A stretch of DNA of 39,093 nt from Sphingomonadaceae bacterium (lineage in GTDB: Bacteria > Pseudomonadota > Alphaproteobacteria > Sphingomonadales > Sphingomonadaceae): assembly GCA_043742745.1 (NCBI GenBank), contig JAYTXW010000177.1, forward strand, positions 1-39,093, given 5' to 3'. The first letter of the stretch is position 1; the number at the start of each line of letters is the position of its first letter. Below are positions 19,256 to 28,882 of this stretch, piece by piece. The notes beneath the pieces are model-generated. The model saw nothing but the letters and a program-made list of their open reading frames with translations. It ran no database searches and was not told where the DNA came from. Both the position numbers and the translations under genes were made by a program.

Positions 19256-20002
19256 TCAGAACGCCGCCATCAGCCGGCCAAATCCGTCCTTGCGGTCAGC
19301 GATACCGTTGCTGCGCAGCGCGTTCCAATACGTCGCGGCGTTGATAGCGATCACCGGCTTGCCGAGGAAAACCTCGGCGGCGGCGGCGAAGCGAACCATC
19401 GACAGGTTGGTGCCGACCTGGACGATCGCGTCGACATCGTCGCCGTCGAGCGCGAGCACCGTCTCCCGCAGCGTTGTCGAGGGGACCTCAGCGATCGCCG
19501 TCCAGCTGGGACAGCGCAGCGCGGTGTCGCGGACCACTTCGACGCCGTAATCGCTCATAAAGTTGGTGACTTCACGGTTCGCCACGGGGAAATAAGGCGA
19601 CAGCAGCGCGACCTTGCGAATGCCGCCATAAGCGTTGAACGCCGCGATCAGCGACTGCGCACCGGTACAGAGGCCGACGCCGGCGATCTCCTCGACCGCC
19701 TGCGACCATTGTGCCGATCCAGCGGCGCCGCCGTAGAAGGTCACCGCGGACATCCCCATCACGAGAAAATCAGGGCGGCACGTCATCACCCCGCGCACCG
19801 CGTCATGCGTCGCTGCGCTGATCTTCAAGGTGCCAGCCATGAAGCTTTCATCGGACAACGCCGGGGCGTCGTCGACGATGATCCGGCTGTAGTGATTCGT
19901 CACGCCGCTAACGCGCAGGTCGTCGAAGTCAGGCTGCACGACGGTATTGGTCGACGGCCCGAGAACTCCAAATTTCTTGCGCCACCCCAGTACGTCACCC
20001 AT
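19256..20002 (-). CDS. Asp/Glu racemase superfamily (maleate isomerase/arylmalonate decarboxylase-like), lacking both catalytic Cys
   Basis: GVLGPSTNTVV, ALLSPY, GTNL, GKPVIAIN.A..W..LR. The Cys positions read GMSA and VGTN. Confidence 0.87.
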   Translation of the reverse strand: MGDVLGWRKKFGVLGPSTNTVVQPDFDDLRVSGVTNHYSRIIVDDAPALSDESFMAGTLKISAATHDAVRGVMTCRPDFLVMGMSAVTFYGGAAGSAQWSQAVEEIAGVGLCTGAQSLIAAFNAYGGIRKVALLSPYFPVANREVTNFMSDYGVEVVRDTALRCPSWTAIAEVPSTTLRETVLALDGDDVDAIVQVGTNLSMVRFAAAAEVFLGKPVIAINAATYWNALRSNGIADRKDGFGRLMAAF

Positions 20003-20633
20003 CGCGATCGGCCTTGGTTAAGAGGGCGATGGCCTCATTCTCGCTGACGACCTCCGCCATCTTGGCTGCCATATCGAATAGATTCTGTTCGTGCGGCCGA
20101 ACATCGCGGTCGCCGCAGGCCTCGCGAACGACGAATGGTGCAAAACCGTGGCACAGGGCGTCGAGCGCGGTGGCACGGACGCAGCCCGACGTCGAAAAGC
20201 CGGTGATCAACAGTGTATCGAAGCCCGCGGCGTGAAGAGTCGAGGCGAGTGAGGTGCCGAAGAAGGCCGACGGATATTGCTTGCTGACGACGAGATCGGC
20301 GGCCTGCGGCTGAAGCGTCGGCGGGAAATCGCCTGCAGGAGAGCCGCCGACAAAGGCCTTGAGTGCGGGAACCTTGCGGAAGAACATGCCGCCGTCGCGC
20401 CCTCCTGGCGCATAGACGACATTTGTAAATGTCACTGGGACGCCCGCGCGCCGCGCCGCCGCCACCAGCCGCACGTTCGATGCGAGCACATCCTCGACGC
20501 CGGCGTATAGCGGCGACGCAGGGTCGAGATAGGCCATCACGACGTCGACGATCAGCAACGCTGGCTTCGGTCCGAAAGCGAGCCGTCCGCCGAAGCCGGC
20601 CGCAGCGTAGTCGGCTGCCAGGTCACCTTCCAT
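19995..20633 (-). CDS. Isochorismatase-family cysteine amidase (maleamate amidohydrolase/N-carbamoylsarcosine amidase-like)
   Basis: Asp-Lys-Cys triad motifs IVDV, SKQYPSAFFGT, STSGCVRAT. Confidence 0.93.
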   Translation of the reverse strand: MEGDLAADYAAAGFGGRLAFGPKPALLIVDVVMAYLDPASPLYAGVEDVLASNVRLVAAARRAGVPVTFTNVVYAPGGRDGGMFFRKVPALKAFVGGSPAGDFPPTLQPQAADLVVSKQYPSAFFGTSLASTLHAAGFDTLLITGFSTSGCVRATALDALCHGFAPFVVREACGDRDVRPHEQNLFDMAAKMAEVVSENEAIALLTKADRDG

Positions 20634-21483
20634 GGCGATCCCCCCAGGCGATCAAGGCGTCGGCGCCCGTAATGTGATTCATCGTCGCTAGGTCGGCCAG
20701 TTGTAGACCGCGAGAGGTGGCGTGCCCGTGCAAATGCTGCAGCCAGTGCGGAGCGGCCGCGACGAAGCCGTGCATCAAGAGGAGCGGGTGCAGGGCGATT
20801 GTAAAGCCAAGACGGTCGAGTTCGGCACCATCTTCGGTCGGCGTAACCCCGCCTTCGACCAAATTGTGGACGAGGGGGACACGGCCGGCGAAGCGCTGGG
20901 CGACGGCGATAAGCTCGCTCATCGTCCGCGGCCCCTCGACAAAGATCAGGTCGGCGCCAGCTTTGAGATATTCCTCCGCTCGGTCGAGGGCAGCAGCGAT
21001 CCCGTCTATGGCAACGGCATCGGTCCGCGCGACGATCAGCATCTCCAACCGGGTGTCGACCGCCGCGCTGATGCGGCCTACCGCCTCGGCGACCGGCACG
21101 ATCGTCTTGCCGGCCATGTGACCGCAGCGCTTGGGGTACCCCTGATCTTCGATCTGGATCGCGCTGGCGCCGGCACGTTCGAAGCTTCGCACCGTTCGTG
21201 CCAACGTCAGGGCGTTACCGAAGCCGGTATCGCCATCGACGATCAGCGGGATCGCAACGCGGTCACGGATTACCGCCACCGTTTCGGCGACCTCGCTCGC
21301 GGTAATCAGACCAATGTCTGGTCGACCAAACCGTCCCATCGCCAGCCCGCCACCGGTGAGGAAGGCGGCGGGGAATCCGGCCTGCTCGATTAGCAATGCC
21401 GTCAGACCATCCCAGCACCCTGGTACCGACACGAGCCGTCGTTCACCCAGTAGAGCGACCAGGGCGGCGACATGGCAGTGCAT
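20623..21483 (-). CDS. Isocitrate lyase/PEP mutase-family C-C lyase (2,3-dimethylmalate/methylisocitrate lyase-like)
   Basis: VDGDTGFG, IQIEDQ..PKRCGH, VARTDA, IFVEG; start at ATG 21483 (TGATG coupling). Confidence 0.92.
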   Translation of the reverse strand: MHCHVAALVALLGERRLVSVPGCWDGLTALLIEQAGFPAAFLTGGGLAMGRFGRPDIGLITASEVAETVAVIRDRVAIPLIVDGDTGFGNALTLARTVRSFERAGASAIQIEDQGYPKRCGHMAGKTIVPVAEAVGRISAAVDTRLEMLIVARTDAVAIDGIAAALDRAEEYLKAGADLIFVEGPRTMSELIAVAQRFAGRVPLVHNLVEGGVTPTEDGAELDRLGFTIALHPLLLMHGFVAAAPHWLQHLHGHATSRGLQLADLATMNHITGADALIAWGDRHGR

Positions 21484-22400
21484 CAGCCTTCCAGTTGACC
21501 GGGGATATGGCTCTCGTGATTGGCCAGATACCAGTCCGCGATCTCCTCCCGCGTGGTCCACCAGACACGGGGCGTCGACTTAGCATGTTCGATAAATTCA
21601 CGGAGGGCGCGGATTCGATGCGCCCGGCCGGAAACGTGCGGGTGCAGGCCAACGTTCATGATCCGCCCGGTCGTCGCTCCCTCAGCATAGAGCACGTCGA
21701 ATTCCTCGATCAGTGCATCCCGAAACTGGTCTGTCGTGAAATTCTTGCGGGTTATAAACGTGAAGTCATTGATTTCGTTTGAGTACGGCACGGATACAAT
21801 TGGTCCGTGCGCGGTCCGCAGCAGGTATGGCTGATCGTCGTTCATGATGTCGCAGTAAAAGGTCGCCCCCTGCTCGGCGAGAATATCAGCGGTCTGCAGG
21901 GTGCCGCGCAGTGAAGACGATAGCCAACCCTTTGACTTACGACCCGTGAAACGTTCGAACTGTGCGAGCGTCCGGAGCACGACCTCGCGCTCCTTGTCCG
22001 GATCATGGGCAAAGTCGGTCAGCAATTCGCCCTGTTCCCAGTTATGCGCCATCAATTCCCAGCCGCGCTCGAGCACCGCGTCGGTCATTGCCTTGCGGCG
22101 CTCGAAGGTCACAGCGTTGGTCGTGCAGGACGCCGCGACCCCGAGCTGGTCGAACAGCTCGATCAGTCGCCAGATGCCGACGCGCTGGCCGTATTCACGC
22201 CAGCTATAATTAGGAAAGTCAGGTGTGTTGCCCGGCAGAATGTCGGGGAGGATCGCCGGTCCACCGGCATAATAGGGCTTCGTCGTGTCCTTGGTCAGGT
22301 CCCACGTCTCGAGATTGAAGGTCAGGATCAGCGCGAGCTGGTTACCGTCGGGCCAGCGCAGAGGCTGGCGGTCAGGCAACGCGACGTAGGAATATTCCAT
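21483..22400 (-). CDS. Polysaccharide-deacetylase-fold protein, PuuE (allantoinase)-like, copy 1
   Basis: LRWPDG, FNLE, REYGQRVG.WR, AHNW, NDDQPY, VPYS.EIND, LHPHVSG; ATG 22400 after GGAG. Confidence 0.9.
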   Translation of the reverse strand: MEYSYVALPDRQPLRWPDGNQLALILTFNLETWDLTKDTTKPYYAGGPAILPDILPGNTPDFPNYSWREYGQRVGIWRLIELFDQLGVAASCTTNAVTFERRKAMTDAVLERGWELMAHNWEQGELLTDFAHDPDKEREVVLRTLAQFERFTGRKSKGWLSSSLRGTLQTADILAEQGATFYCDIMNDDQPYLLRTAHGPIVSVPYSNEINDFTFITRKNFTTDQFRDALIEEFDVLYAEGATTGRIMNVGLHPHVSGRAHRIRALREFIEHAKSTPRVWWTTREEIADWYLANHESHIPGQLEG

Positions 22401-22494
22401 GCGAGCTCCAATCATCGCGCCGACCGTGAAGCAGCGCAATCAGGTAACTACCTGCAATGGCACAGCGCGGATGGCGCGTGCGTTCATTTAATTC

Positions 22495-22507
22495 TCCGTC
22501 AGCCGGA
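22495..22507. promoter_or_regulatory. Candidate IclR-type operator TCCG-N5-CGGA
   Basis: Palindromic arms TCCG-TCAGC-CGGA between the IclR gene and the downstream operon; degenerate copies occur in other intergenic regions. Confidence 0.45.
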
Positions 22508-22533
22508 CACGCGCCGGTTGTGACCTGCAACCA

Positions 22534-23310
22534 CTATTTGAATTCCGCGCGGATCGCGGCGGCGGTGGCGGTAAGCGGCTCGACGAACTGCCCGATCGCG
22601 TGGCTCATCTTGGTCGTCGATGCGAAGAAAGCGAGAGTCAGTGCGCCGAGGACCGTGCCGGCGCCGCTCAGAATCGGCACCGCGATCGACGAAGTCTTGC
22701 CCGGATTATTCGTAAACTGGTTGAATCCACGGGTCGCATAACCGTCGCGACGGATATCGTCGATCAACGACTCGTTCTCGATCAGGTTAAGGACATGAAT
22801 GTTCGCACGCCGGGGCAGCAGCTTCAACGCTCGGATAAGTTCAATCCGCTCGTCCTCGGAGATATTGGCGACATAGGTGAGCCCCGCAGCGCATTCTAGA
22901 ATTGGGAGCGTGAAGCCCGGGTGATAATGGCTGAAGGTCAGTGTCGTCAGCGCGTGCGTCGAATCGCGGATCACCATCGAATGTCCGACATAGGTCGATA
23001 GCGAGATCGGCCAGCCGACGCGACGGGTCAGGTCGACAATGTGCGGTCGCGACACCTGGACTAGCTGCGCATCACCCTGGAAGCCATGCGCCAGTGCCTG
23101 CACCAGTGCTGTCGGACGGTAACGTTTCCGCGAGGGTTCGCGTTCGACCAGGCCTTCGTGCAGCAGCGTCTGGACGATCCGGCACGCGGTCGGGTACGGC
23201 ACTTCGGACGAGCGGGCGATTTCCATCATCGACAGAGCGCTGCCCCGATTAACCGCTTGCAGCACCGCGAGGCCACGCGACAGCGATCGGATCGGTACGC
23301 CTTTTTCCAT
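22534..23310 (-). CDS. IclR-family transcriptional regulator (MhpR-like)
   Basis: N-terminal HTH IRSLSRGLAVL...TACRIVQTL...G.V; C-terminal IR..GYA...SIAVPI. Confidence 0.93.
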   Translation of the reverse strand: MEKGVPIRSLSRGLAVLQAVNRGSALSMMEIARSSEVPYPTACRIVQTLLHEGLVEREPSRKRYRPTALVQALAHGFQGDAQLVQVSRPHIVDLTRRVGWPISLSTYVGHSMVIRDSTHALTTLTFSHYHPGFTLPILECAAGLTYVANISEDERIELIRALKLLPRRANIHVLNLIENESLIDDIRRDGYATRGFNQFTNNPGKTSSIAVPILSGAGTVLGALTLAFFASTTKMSHAIGQFVEPLTATAAAIRAEFK

Positions 23311-23391
23311 CTCAGCTGGAAAGCCTTCTCCGCATTTTCAAGATTTTATTAACCCTATCTAGGCTCAAGTCGAGCATCATATCGCGGTGCA

Positions 23392-24309
23392 TCATGACCC
23401 CGCAATCGCATCGATCACGCCACCCGCCGACGAGATCCATGCACCGCGCTGCCTGAGTCCTTCGACCAGGTTCTCGAAGCCGCCGATCCGATGTGGCAAG
23501 GCGATGATATAAGGTGTCAGATGGAGCGGGAGCATCCGGCGCCCATAGCGCCGGGCTTCGACCTCAAGCCAATCGAACGCGTCCCGGACTTGGGTTGCAT
23601 AACTGTCAGTCGACTGCTGCTGGACAGCGATGATCTGCCGGTCGGATAATTCGTGATTCAGCGGCAGGTTGATGATCGATCCGACGGGGGTCGTCATCGC
23701 ATAGGGCAGGTCGTCGTTTACCCAGTCGAGCATGTAGGTCACCCCGGCTTCTACCAGAAGCGAAGGGGTTGCAAAGCTCTGCGATCGGGCGATCGACAGC
23801 CATCCCCGCGGGCGCGTTCCGGTCGTTCGTTCTAGCGTGTCGAGTGAGGCGAGGATCAGCGCCCGCTCGTCGGCTTCGGCTAGTCCGGTGGCGATCGTCC
23901 CATTCATGTCGGTCGAATGGGCAACAATCTCGTGCCCGGCCGCGACGATATCGCGAAGCAGCGCCGGGTACCGATCGGCGATGGCCGCGTTGACGGCGAC
24001 CGAGATTGTCACGCCGTTTTTCGCGAAAGTGTCGAGCAGCCGATAGATGCCGACGCGCGTGCCATACTCGCGCGAGGTGTAATGTCGATAGTCGGGGTAG
24101 GCGGTCTGCATGTGGCTGGGCGCGCGGAATGGGTGGTCCACGGCGACGATCGGAAACCATTCGAGGCTGACGACGATCGGCACCGCCACCAGAGGCCCGC
24201 CGGGCCACGCGCCTGGCGCCCGCTCGAACAGGTTCGACCAGGCGTATAGGTCGTGATCCATGCCCCGGCGGCGACGGGGATATTCCAGATAGGCTGCGCC
24301 GAGTGCCAT
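23392..24309 (-). CDS. Polysaccharide-deacetylase-fold protein, PuuE-like, copy 2 (degenerate His motif)
   Basis: REYGTRVG, AHS, NDDLPY, LTPY; ATG 24309 coupled (TGATG) to copy 3. Confidence 0.88.
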   Translation of the reverse strand: MALGAAYLEYPRRRRGMDHDLYAWSNLFERAPGAWPGGPLVAVPIVVSLEWFPIVAVDHPFRAPSHMQTAYPDYRHYTSREYGTRVGIYRLLDTFAKNGVTISVAVNAAIADRYPALLRDIVAAGHEIVAHSTDMNGTIATGLAEADERALILASLDTLERTTGTRPRGWLSIARSQSFATPSLLVEAGVTYMLDWVNDDLPYAMTTPVGSIINLPLNHELSDRQIIAVQQQSTDSYATQVRDAFDWLEVEARRYGRRMLPLHLTPYIIALPHRIGGFENLVEGLRQRGAWISSAGGVIDAIAGS

Positions 24310-25226
24310 CACGCCCGCTTCGCGATGTCGGCGACAACCTGGTCGTAGCTGTTGGCGAGAAAATGATCGGCAATGTCGCCGCTGCGGGTAATCCACGCGC
24401 GTCCGTCGGCAGCGATGTGACGAAGCACCTCTTCGAACGCGCCGATCCGGTGCGGCTGGCCGATAAGATAACTGTGTAGCGGGATGCACATCACAGTGCC
24501 CGACCGCTCGCCCTCGACCGCAAGCCGGTCGAACTGGCGGATCAGCGTCTCGGCATATTCGCGGGGACTCATATTATACACGAAGAACCCATAATGATCG
24601 TTGACCTCGAGACTATACGGCATCGAGATCAAGCGACCGCTAGCGACCGCGACCGGCGAAGGCTGATCGTCATGGTACAGATCGCAAGTATAGCTGAGGC
24701 CGTATTCGGCGATCAAATCGAGGGTGCGGGTCGTATGGGTCAGCGCGGGGGCAAGCCAGCCCTTGATCGTCTGGCCGGTAGCGGAGCGAACCGTGCGGAT
24801 TGCGTCTTCGATAATCGCGCGTTCCTGCGCCTCGTCCATGCCGTAGCTGTAGCGGGTGTTGTAGATGCCGTGGCTGAAGAACTCCCAGCCGCGGGCGCTG
24901 GCGTCCTCGATCACCTCAGGAATATGATCGCACAACGCCACCGACAGGCTGACCGAGCCGGAGAAGCCGTGCTTGCTCATAACGTCGGCCATCCGCCAGT
25001 GGCCGACGCGGTTGGCGTAATCGCGGTGGCTGTAGCCGACAACGTCGGGATGGGGCTTCGACCAGCTCTTACGGAAGGGGTTTGCGGGCGGGTCAATTTC
25101 GTAGAATTCGAGGTTGGGCGAGACCCATACGGCGACCGTTTTGCCGCCCGGCCAGGCGATTTTCGTCCGGTCGCGGTATGGCCAGAAATCGTAAAGTCCG
25201 GGGTCGTCGTCTCCTTCACGCATCAT
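24309..25226 (-). CDS. Polysaccharide-deacetylase-fold protein, PuuE-like, copy 3
   Basis: WPGGK, PNLE, RDYANRVG.WR, SHG, HDDQP, MPYSLEVND, LHSYLIGQPHR. Confidence 0.9.
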   Translation of the reverse strand: MMREGDDDPGLYDFWPYRDRTKIAWPGGKTVAVWVSPNLEFYEIDPPANPFRKSWSKPHPDVVGYSHRDYANRVGHWRMADVMSKHGFSGSVSLSVALCDHIPEVIEDASARGWEFFSHGIYNTRYSYGMDEAQERAIIEDAIRTVRSATGQTIKGWLAPALTHTTRTLDLIAEYGLSYTCDLYHDDQPSPVAVASGRLISMPYSLEVNDHYGFFVYNMSPREYAETLIRQFDRLAVEGERSGTVMCIPLHSYLIGQPHRIGAFEEVLRHIAADGRAWITRSGDIADHFLANSYDQVVADIAKRA

Positions 25227-25905
25227 AGGCTTCCAGCCAGTCGATTACGACCTGCACCGGCTCGACATCGGCGTACTTTAATTGCAGGTCGGTCAGGTTG
25301 GCGTAATGGTAACTCTCGTGCTTGTCAGCGGTCGTTTCGATCGGAACGATCGTCCGGTATCCCCGGCTCAGCGACTCGACGGCGGTCGCGCGCACACAGC
25401 CCGACGTCGAGCCGCCGGTGACAACCACGGTGTCGATACGATGCCAGACGAGCAGGCTCTGCAGGGGTGTCTCGAAGAACGCCGACGGCATGCGCTTATT
25501 GTAGATGACGTCGACGGACGGATCGATCACGCAACGCTCGTCGAAATCGTGCCGGCGCGACCCGTATTTGATGTTCTGCAGCGAGTCCGGCGTGTTGGTA
25601 CGCGTGCCCCATACGCCGGCATCGGCGGCGTTGCCGGAATAGGCGACATGGGTCCAGACGACCGGTAGGCCCTTATCGCGAGCCAGGCGCGAGATTCGAT
25701 TGACGTATTCGATCTGATTCGGGTCGGTCTCGTACGCGGTCTTGAACTCGTCTACCCTTGTATAGGCGTTCTGGAAATCGACATTGATGATCGCCAGTCG
25801 ACTGCCGAAACCGAATTTGCTGCGTGCCGGGTTCGACATGACCTCGTTGAAGATCTGTTTCGCAGTCTTGCCGTCGGACACCATTTTCGTGCCTGCAATC
25901 GCCAT
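25216..25905 (-). CDS. Isochorismatase-family cysteine amidase, copy 2
   Basis: NVDFQ, NKRMPSAFFET, STSGCVRATAV, KYADV. Confidence 0.93.
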   Translation of the reverse strand: MAIAGTKMVSDGKTAKQIFNEVMSNPARSKFGFGSRLAIINVDFQNAYTRVDEFKTAYETDPNQIEYVNRISRLARDKGLPVVWTHVAYSGNAADAGVWGTRTNTPDSLQNIKYGSRRHDFDERCVIDPSVDVIYNKRMPSAFFETPLQSLLVWHRIDTVVVTGGSTSGCVRATAVESLSRGYRTIVPIETTADKHESYHYANLTDLQLKYADVEPVQVVIDWLEAYDA

Positions 25906-25917
25906 CTTGGCTCGCCC

Positions 25918-26853
25918 TCATGCTGCCGGCGGGGTCGCCGGTCGAAAGCCCCGTGGTATGCCCGCGTCGGGGACGAAGCCATAAAGCGGCTCATCCGCTA
26001 GAGCAGCGGAAAGGATTGATCGCACAGCGATTAGTTTTGCAAGATCGATCCCGGTGGCGATGCCCATCGCCTCGAGCATGAAGACCAGGTCCTCAGTCAC
26101 GATATTGCCCGAGGCACCCGGGGCAAAGGGACACCCGCCGAGCCCGCCCAGCGACGCATCGAAGGTCGTCAGCCCGCAGTCCAGCGCCGCAAGGACATTG
26201 GCGAGGCCCAAACCGCGGGTATTGTGCAGGTGGATACCCGTCAGCCGCGCGTCGCCGACCGCGCCCTGGACCAGTCGGATAAGCCGCCTCACCGCCGCCG
26301 GATCGGCGAAGCCGGTGGTGTCTGATAGCCCGACCTCATCGCACCCCGCCTCGATCAGGGCACCGGCCAGCCGCGTAACCTGCGCGTCCGGGATCATGCC
26401 CTCGAGCGTGCAACCGAAGACGGTCGACAGACTCCCTTCGAAATGCGGCCGTCGATCAGCTGGCAAAGCGGCGATCATCAGGGCGATGCTGCGCGCCTCG
26501 CCGATCACTGCGGCGTGGTTACGGCGTAGGTTCGCAAGACTGTGCGTCTCCGATACCGAAAGCGGCAGCGTTATCTTATCCGCCCCGGCGGCAATCGCCG
26601 CCTCGGCCCCGCGGGCGTTCGGGATTAGTACCGCCACGGTTAGGCCGGGGATTGTTTTCGCATAGGCGACGAGCTCGGCGGTATCGGCGAGCTGCGGCAG
26701 CACGCGCGCCGGGACGAAGCTACCGACCTCGATCTCGCGCACGCCGGCGGCGGCCTCGGCGGCGACCCAAGCCTTTTTCGCGGCGAGCGGCATGATGGCG
26801 GCGATACTCTGCAGGCCGTCGCGCGGGCCGACCTCGCTCACCAGAACGTCCAT
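25918..26853 (-). CDS. HMG-CoA lyase-family (DRE-TIM) C-C lyase
   Basis: EVGPRDGLQS, LSDTTG, HLHNTRG, GGLGGCPFAPGASGNIVTED. Confidence 0.94.
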   Translation of the reverse strand: MDVLVSEVGPRDGLQSIAAIMPLAAKKAWVAAEAAAGVREIEVGSFVPARVLPQLADTAELVAYAKTIPGLTVAVLIPNARGAEAAIAAGADKITLPLSVSETHSLANLRRNHAAVIGEARSIALMIAALPADRRPHFEGSLSTVFGCTLEGMIPDAQVTRLAGALIEAGCDEVGLSDTTGFADPAAVRRLIRLVQGAVGDARLTGIHLHNTRGLGLANVLAALDCGLTTFDASLGGLGGCPFAPGASGNIVTEDLVFMLEAMGIATGIDLAKLIAVRSILSAALADEPLYGFVPDAGIPRGFRPATPPAA

Positions 26854-26872
26854 CGTCGAACCTCGCTTGGCT

Positions 26873-26898
26873 TAATTGCATTAACTCTATAACAATTG
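26873..26898. promoter_or_regulatory. Candidate GntR operator (AATTG-N14-CAATT) in the divergent lyase/CoA-transferase promoter
   Basis: TAATTG-cattaactctataa-CAATTG; same arms and spacing as 28884-28909. Confidence 0.6.
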
Positions 26899-26925
26899 GT
26901 TCGTGATCGCAATCTGGAGAAACCG

Positions 26926-28071
26926 ATGGACGCCGCCGCGCTGCCGCTGGCCGGTATAAAGGTCGTTGAGTTTACGCATATGGTGATGGGGCCATCGATC
27001 GGCGTCATCCTCGCAGATCTCGGCGCCGACGTCATCAAGGTCGAGCCCGAGGGGGGCGACCAGACGCGCCGACTGCTCGGCTCGGGTGCCGGCTATTTTC
27101 CGATGTTCAACCGCAACAAGCGCAGCATCTGCCTCGATCTGAAGGCTGACGGCGGAATTTCCGCTGCCGTGACGCTGTGCGCACACGCCGACGTGGTGAT
27201 CGAGAATTTCCGTCCGGGCACCCTCGACCGGCTTGGGCTCGGCTATGCGGCGTTGGCGGAGACCAATCCGCGACTGATCTATTGCTCTGCCAAAGGCTTC
27301 CTGACTGGGCCGTACGAGCAGCGGACCGCGCTCGACGAGGTGACGCAGATGATGGGCGGCCTCGCCTATATGACAGGGCCGCCGGGTCGCCCATTGCGGG
27401 CCGGGGCTTCAGTGATCGACATCACCGGCGGCATGTTCGGCGTCATCGGCATTCTGGCCGCGCTCGAACGGCGGCACCACACCGGCGGCGGCGGCATGGT
27501 AAAATGCGCGCTGTACGAAACCACGGCGTTCCTCGTCGGCCAGCATATGGCGCAGATGGCCGTGACCGGGGAGGCAGCGCGGCCCATGCCGGTGCGCCTG
27601 TCGGCATGGGCGGTTTACGACGTCTTCGAGACGGCGACGCCCGGCGAGCAGCTGTTCGTGGGGGTGGTTAGCGATAGCCAGTGGCGAGCGTTCTGCGCCG
27701 CGTTCGGATTTACCGCGCTCGGCGAAGACCCCGGACTCTCGCTGAACAATCAGCGGGTCGAGGCACGGGACACGATCCTGCCGCAGATCCGCGCGCTCTT
27801 CGCCGCGATGCGGCGGGATGCGTTGATCGCCAGGCTGGAAACCGTGGGCTTGCCGTTCGCACCGATCGTTCGTCCCGACGAACTATTCCACGATCATCAC
27901 CTTCTTGAATCAGGTGGATTAGTCCCGGTAACCGTCCCAGGTGGCGCGGCGACCCGGCTACCGGCCCTGCCGCTCGAATTTGACGGTGAGCGTCTGCCGT
28001 TGCGCCACGACATTCCACACGCGGGGGCCGACGGGGCGGATATTCTGGCGGAGGTCGGCTGGTCCGCTTGA
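26926..28071 (+). CDS. CaiB/BaiF family III CoA-transferase
   Basis: LADLGADVIKVE, NRNKRSI.LDLK, ENFRPG, catalytic-Asp region TALDEV; ATG 26926 after GGAGA. Confidence 0.95.
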   Translation: MDAAALPLAGIKVVEFTHMVMGPSIGVILADLGADVIKVEPEGGDQTRRLLGSGAGYFPMFNRNKRSICLDLKADGGISAAVTLCAHADVVIENFRPGTLDRLGLGYAALAETNPRLIYCSAKGFLTGPYEQRTALDEVTQMMGGLAYMTGPPGRPLRAGASVIDITGGMFGVIGILAALERRHHTGGGGMVKCALYETTAFLVGQHMAQMAVTGEAARPMPVRLSAWAVYDVFETATPGEQLFVGVVSDSQWRAFCAAFGFTALGEDPGLSLNNQRVEARDTILPQIRALFAAMRRDALIARLETVGLPFAPIVRPDELFHDHHLLESGGLVPVTVPGGAATRLPALPLEFDGERLPLRHDIPHAGADGADILAEVGWSA

Positions 28072-28074
28072 AGC

Positions 28075-28842
28075 TCAGGCGGGCGCGATCGAAGGTCGCG
28101 GCGAGCCGTGAAAATCGACCGCGAGGTGATAGCGGTCGCCGCGATACCGCGCCGTGGTCATGAGCAGGGCGGTGCCGTCGGGACGGCGCACGACGCGGTC
28201 GATCCGGATGATCGGCGCGCGCGGTTCGACCTGCAGCAGGCTTGCCAGCGCAGGATCGGCAGCCACGGCTGAGATGCGCTGGGTTCCGCCGCCGATCGGG
28301 TTCCCGGCGTTGCGAAGCAATTCCAGTAGCGGGGCGGTGGTCAGCGCCGGACCGGTCAGGCCGGCAGCGAAGCGCTCGGGAACAAAGCTCTCGATCGCCC
28401 CGAGCGGTGCTTTCTCCAAGTATCGGACGCGGAGCGCCCGAACGACCATCGCATCGACCGTCAAGTCAAGCACCGAAGCCGTGTCCGCGGCGGCAGGCTC
28501 ACGCGTGAACGAGACGACCTCGACCCTTGTCCGCCGCCCAAATGCGATCAGCGATTCGACTGCCTGATCGATATCCGCCTCGATCGGAGCTTTAGGTGCC
28601 TGAAAGATCACGCGAGTCCCTGTCCGGCGTCGACGTTCGACCAGCGCGTTATCGGCGAGTTCGTCGAGAGCGCGCCGGGCGGTGATGCGCGAAATACCGT
28701 AGTGTGCAATCAAATCATGCTCCGTCGGCAGCATGCTGCCATAACCGCGCTGCCCCGACAGAATCTCGTCGCGCAGGCCGAGGTAGATCTGTTGGTAGAG
28801 CGGTATTCCCCCGCTGCGAACCATTTGCCCAAGCGACACCAT
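28075..28842 (-). CDS. GntR-family regulator, HutC/UTRA subfamily
   Basis: PLYQQI...LPTE..L...YGISRIT.RRAL..L...RR..GT HTH; UTRA-like C-terminus (YRGDRY). Start may be 28824. Confidence 0.93.
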   Translation of the reverse strand: MVSLGQMVRSGGIPLYQQIYLGLRDEILSGQRGYGSMLPTEHDLIAHYGISRITARRALDELADNALVERRRRTGTRVIFQAPKAPIEADIDQAVESLIAFGRRTRVEVVSFTREPAAADTASVLDLTVDAMVVRALRVRYLEKAPLGAIESFVPERFAAGLTGPALTTAPLLELLRNAGNPIGGGTQRISAVAADPALASLLQVEPRAPIIRIDRVVRRPDGTALLMTTARYRGDRYHLAVDFHGSPRPSIAPA

Positions 28843-28882
28843 CGATAATGATTGGCGTAATTTTCGCTGGCCGCCAACCGGT

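Noticed and set aside
21483-25226. Exopolysaccharide or peptidoglycan deacetylation locus
   Set aside because: No glycosyltransferases, export genes or signal peptides; motifs match the PuuE-like small-molecule subgroup.
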